Shown here: piece after piece, positions 30,088-32,000 of the stretch | Numbering within the stretch: position 1 is the stretch's first letter | Layout: each line of letters begins with the position of its first letter | Source: Ferroglobus placidus DSM 10642 | GTDB lineage: Archaea > Halobacteriota > Archaeoglobi > Archaeoglobales > Archaeoglobaceae | NCBI RefSeq assembly: GCF_000025505.1 | Contig: NC_013849.1 | Coordinates: 60,001 to 92,000 of the forward strand | Length of the DNA stretch: 32,000 nucleotides | Direction of reading: 5' to 3' | Made by a program: the position numbers and the translations under genes | Notes under the pieces: generated by a model | What the model saw: only the letters and a program-made list of their open reading frames with translations | What the model was told of the DNA's origin: nothing | Database searches by the model: none

Positions 30088-31210
30088 GGGTAGCCCACCT
30101 CACGCAATCCTCAAGCGAGGCAAAAGTTGCATTAACTTTTCTCAGCTTCGGCAAATACTCTAAAGCTTTTCCGCTGTTCACCATGACGCAGCTGAATTTT
30201 TCACTTGCCGGGGAAACGACCATGCACGTGTCGGAAAAGACTTTTCCACCGAGCTCTTCTATCTTTCTCACGAGATCCGAGCACTGCTCTTTGATTTCCC
30301 TTGAAGTAAATATCCAGAGATTTCTCTTAGCTTTCCCGTACTTTTTAAGCAGTTCGTAAATTTTTTCAAGTTCTTGTTTCGAAACGTGCGGACAGCCTAT
30401 CGCTATTAAATCCGGAGAGCACTTCTCAAATTCAGCTTCATCTATCTCTATCTTTTCTTTCGGAGTTTCGAAGTCTCTCCATTCCGGAGTCAGCTTTGCT
30501 GCGTGAAACATAGAGCAAGAAGAAGTCGACGCTAAAGCCGCTCCGAATAGCTTCAATTCCTCTTCAGATGGCTTTCTACTGAATTCCACGAGGGGGATTT
30601 CTCCTTCCTTCAAAACTCTTCCAAGTTCTAATCCGGCTAAAGCGAAGTTTTCACCCTTAATTTTAACTAAAACCGTAGGAGCCCTGTTTTCTTTTACATG
30701 CAGACCGTAATACGGAGTTTTTCCGATAACGGCTGCTGCCAAAGCAGTAATTCCGCTCTCCCTGTTTGTTCTCGCTCCTATTATCGAATTTGCGTAAACA
30801 ACAGCTGAACTCTCAGCCCAAGCGAGGTGGTCGTCCTTTTTTACTTCTACCAAGTAGTATGGGGTGCACGTAAGTGTGAGCTTTACACCCATTCTCTCGA
30901 AGGCTTTGATTATCCTCAACTGCTTTTCCCGGTAGCTTTCCTCTATTCCCATTTCCCTCCATCTCTCCAAATCAAATCCCGCCGGATTGAGAAAAGCGTC
31001 GACGGAAACTTTCACATCCAAGCTCTCGAGCCATTCCAACCCAGCTTCTCCAATGTTGCTGTAGGAAACTCCGGAAATCTGAGCGCTCTTTATTTCTATC
31101 AGTTTTTCAGCCCCGAATATTTCTCCAACAGCCACAAGTATTTCCATGCACTTTCTAATACCTTCGTTTGGGCTTTCGAGAAGCTTTTCCTCTTCCTTTG
31201 TTAGAAACAT
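30077..31210 (-). CDS. Aconitase-X catalytic-domain protein (DUF521); phosphomevalonate dehydratase large subunit-like
   Basis: A 377-aa protein whose N-terminus is MFLTKEEEKLLESPNEGIRKCMEILVAVGEIFGAEKLIEIKSAQISG. Conserved Cys positions (TLTCTPY, IAIGCPHVS, FSDTCMV) fit DUF521/COG1679, which always pairs with DUF126. Confidence 0.8.
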   Translation of the reverse strand: MFLTKEEEKLLESPNEGIRKCMEILVAVGEIFGAEKLIEIKSAQISGVSYSNIGEAGLEWLESLDVKVSVDAFLNPAGFDLERWREMGIEESYREKQLRIIKAFERMGVKLTLTCTPYYLVEVKKDDHLAWAESSAVVYANSIIGARTNRESGITALAAAVIGKTPYYGLHVKENRAPTVLVKIKGENFALAGLELGRVLKEGEIPLVEFSRKPSEEELKLFGAALASTSSCSMFHAAKLTPEWRDFETPKEKIEIDEAEFEKCSPDLIAIGCPHVSKQELEKIYELLKKYGKAKRNLWIFTSREIKEQCSDLVRKIEELGGKVFSDTCMVVSPASEKFSCVMVNSGKALEYLPKLRKVNATFASLEDCVRWATLED

Positions 31211-31270
31211 TTACTCCCACTTTTCGGAGGAACTATTTAAGGTCTTCCGTCAAAAGAGATTTATTCTCAC

Positions 31271-32000
31271 ATGTGGATGATTCAATTCATGGAAAATCGG
31301 GTAAAAATTACGCTCAGCAGAGATTTGTCTCTTTTCGACATAACCATGATCGGTATTGCTGGGATGATCGGTGCTGGTATTTTCGCTTTAACTGGCATCG
31401 CCGCAGGAATTGCTGGTCCGGCAATTTTGATAGCTTTTCTCTTTAACGGGATTATCGCCACATTCACGGGTTTGGCTTACGCTGAACTCGGCTCAGCGAT
31501 CCCTCAGGCTGGAGGAGGTTACGTTTGGATAAAAGAAGCTCTCGGAAATTACGCCGGTTTTATGGCTGGCTGGGTAGATTGGGCAGCACATACAATTGCT
31601 TGCTCCCTTTATGCTGTGATTTTCGGAGCTTTCCTCTCCGAATTTTTGGTAAGATTTGTGGGATTGAACTTTCCTCAGAATGTTTTAGCTAAGGTCTCTT
31701 CACTTCTCATAGTTTCTTTTCTTGCTTACGTGAACTTTGTAGGAGTGAAAGAAAGTGGTAAACTTGGAGGAATTGTCACGCTATTAAAAATAATCATCCT
31801 GCTTGTTTTCGCCTTTTTCGGATTAAGCAGAACTTTCAGCTATCCTGACTGGGAGAGCGCATTTCAGCCTTTCATGCCCCACGGCTTTGTTGGAGTTCTC
31901 GCTGCCATGGGTTTGACTTTCATCGCTTTTGAAGGTTTCGAAATAATAGTTCAGAGTGGAGAGGAGGTAAAGAATCCGGAGAAAAACATCCCGAAAGCTA
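31271..32000 (+). CDS. APC-superfamily amino acid/polyamine permease; 3' end lies outside the window
   Basis: The frame is open from 31271 to the window end and is not in the ORF track because it has no stop. The product is ...LSLFDITMIGIAGMIGAGIFALTGIAAGIAGPAILIAFLFNGIIATFTGLAYAELGSAIPQAGGGYVW, the classic APC TM1-TM2 region. In-frame ATGs lie at 31271, 31277 and 31289. Confidence 0.8.
   Translation, partial: MWMIQFMENRVKITLSRDLSLFDITMIGIAGMIGAGIFALTGIAAGIAGPAILIAFLFNGIIATFTGLAYAELGSAIPQAGGGYVWIKEALGNYAGFMAGWVDWAAHTIACSLYAVIFGAFLSEFLVRFVGLNFPQNVLAKVSSLLIVSFLAYVNFVGVKESGKLGGIVTLLKIIILLVFAFFGLSRTFSYPDWESAFQPFMPHGFVGVLAAMGLTFIAFEGFEIIVQSGEEVKNPEKNIPKA

Noticed and set aside
1-32000. Search for rRNA, tRNA and CRISPR arrays
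   Set aside because: No intergenic gap exceeds about 220 bp. I found no regularly spaced direct repeats and no cloverleaf-like or rRNA-like sequence. The only repeats seen are the IS ends and duplication and the short promoter motifs reported above.

Overview
About 90% of the window is coding, with no rRNA, tRNA or CRISPR array. Protein style (Glu/Lys/Ile-rich), GGAGGTG-type Shine-Dalgarno sites, ATGA/TAATG stop-start overlaps and an ISA1214-like insertion sequence point to a hyperthermophilic euryarchaeon of the Archaeoglobales type; this lineage call is inference only. All product calls come from motif recognition by eye, with no database search. Gene order: (1) a LivHMGF-type ABC importer coupled to an acyl-CoA synthetase (1-4691). 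(2) An accessory-looking aromatic-type cluster (4662-14238): an Lrp-like regulator, a split PEP-synthase-like pair resembling phenylphosphate synthase PpsB/PpsA, a Nudix hydrolase, a TrmB-like regulator, and a tight operon UbiD / HAD-like / benzoate-type aryl-CoA ligase / UbiX. (3) A cytoplasmic stand-alone molybdopterin oxidoreductase translationally coupled to a HAD phosphatase. (4) An adenine-deaminase-like amidohydrolase and a DASS transporter. (5) A MutS-domain-V ATPase overlapping a short ERCC4-(HhH)2 nuclease. (6) A fused HdrE/HdrD-like membrane Fe-S oxidoreductase with a ~1.21 kb IS immediately upstream. (7) A HEPN-MNT toxin-antitoxin pair. (8) A phosphohexomutase. (9) An operon of AcnX-type phosphomevalonate dehydratase (DUF521+DUF126), an M50 site-2 protease and a CoA-pyrophosphatase-like Nudix. 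(10) The start of an APC permease. The best candidates for something undescribed are the non-canonical phenylphosphate-synthase/UbiD/HAD/CoA-ligase/UbiX module and the MutS-like/ERCC4 two-gene module.
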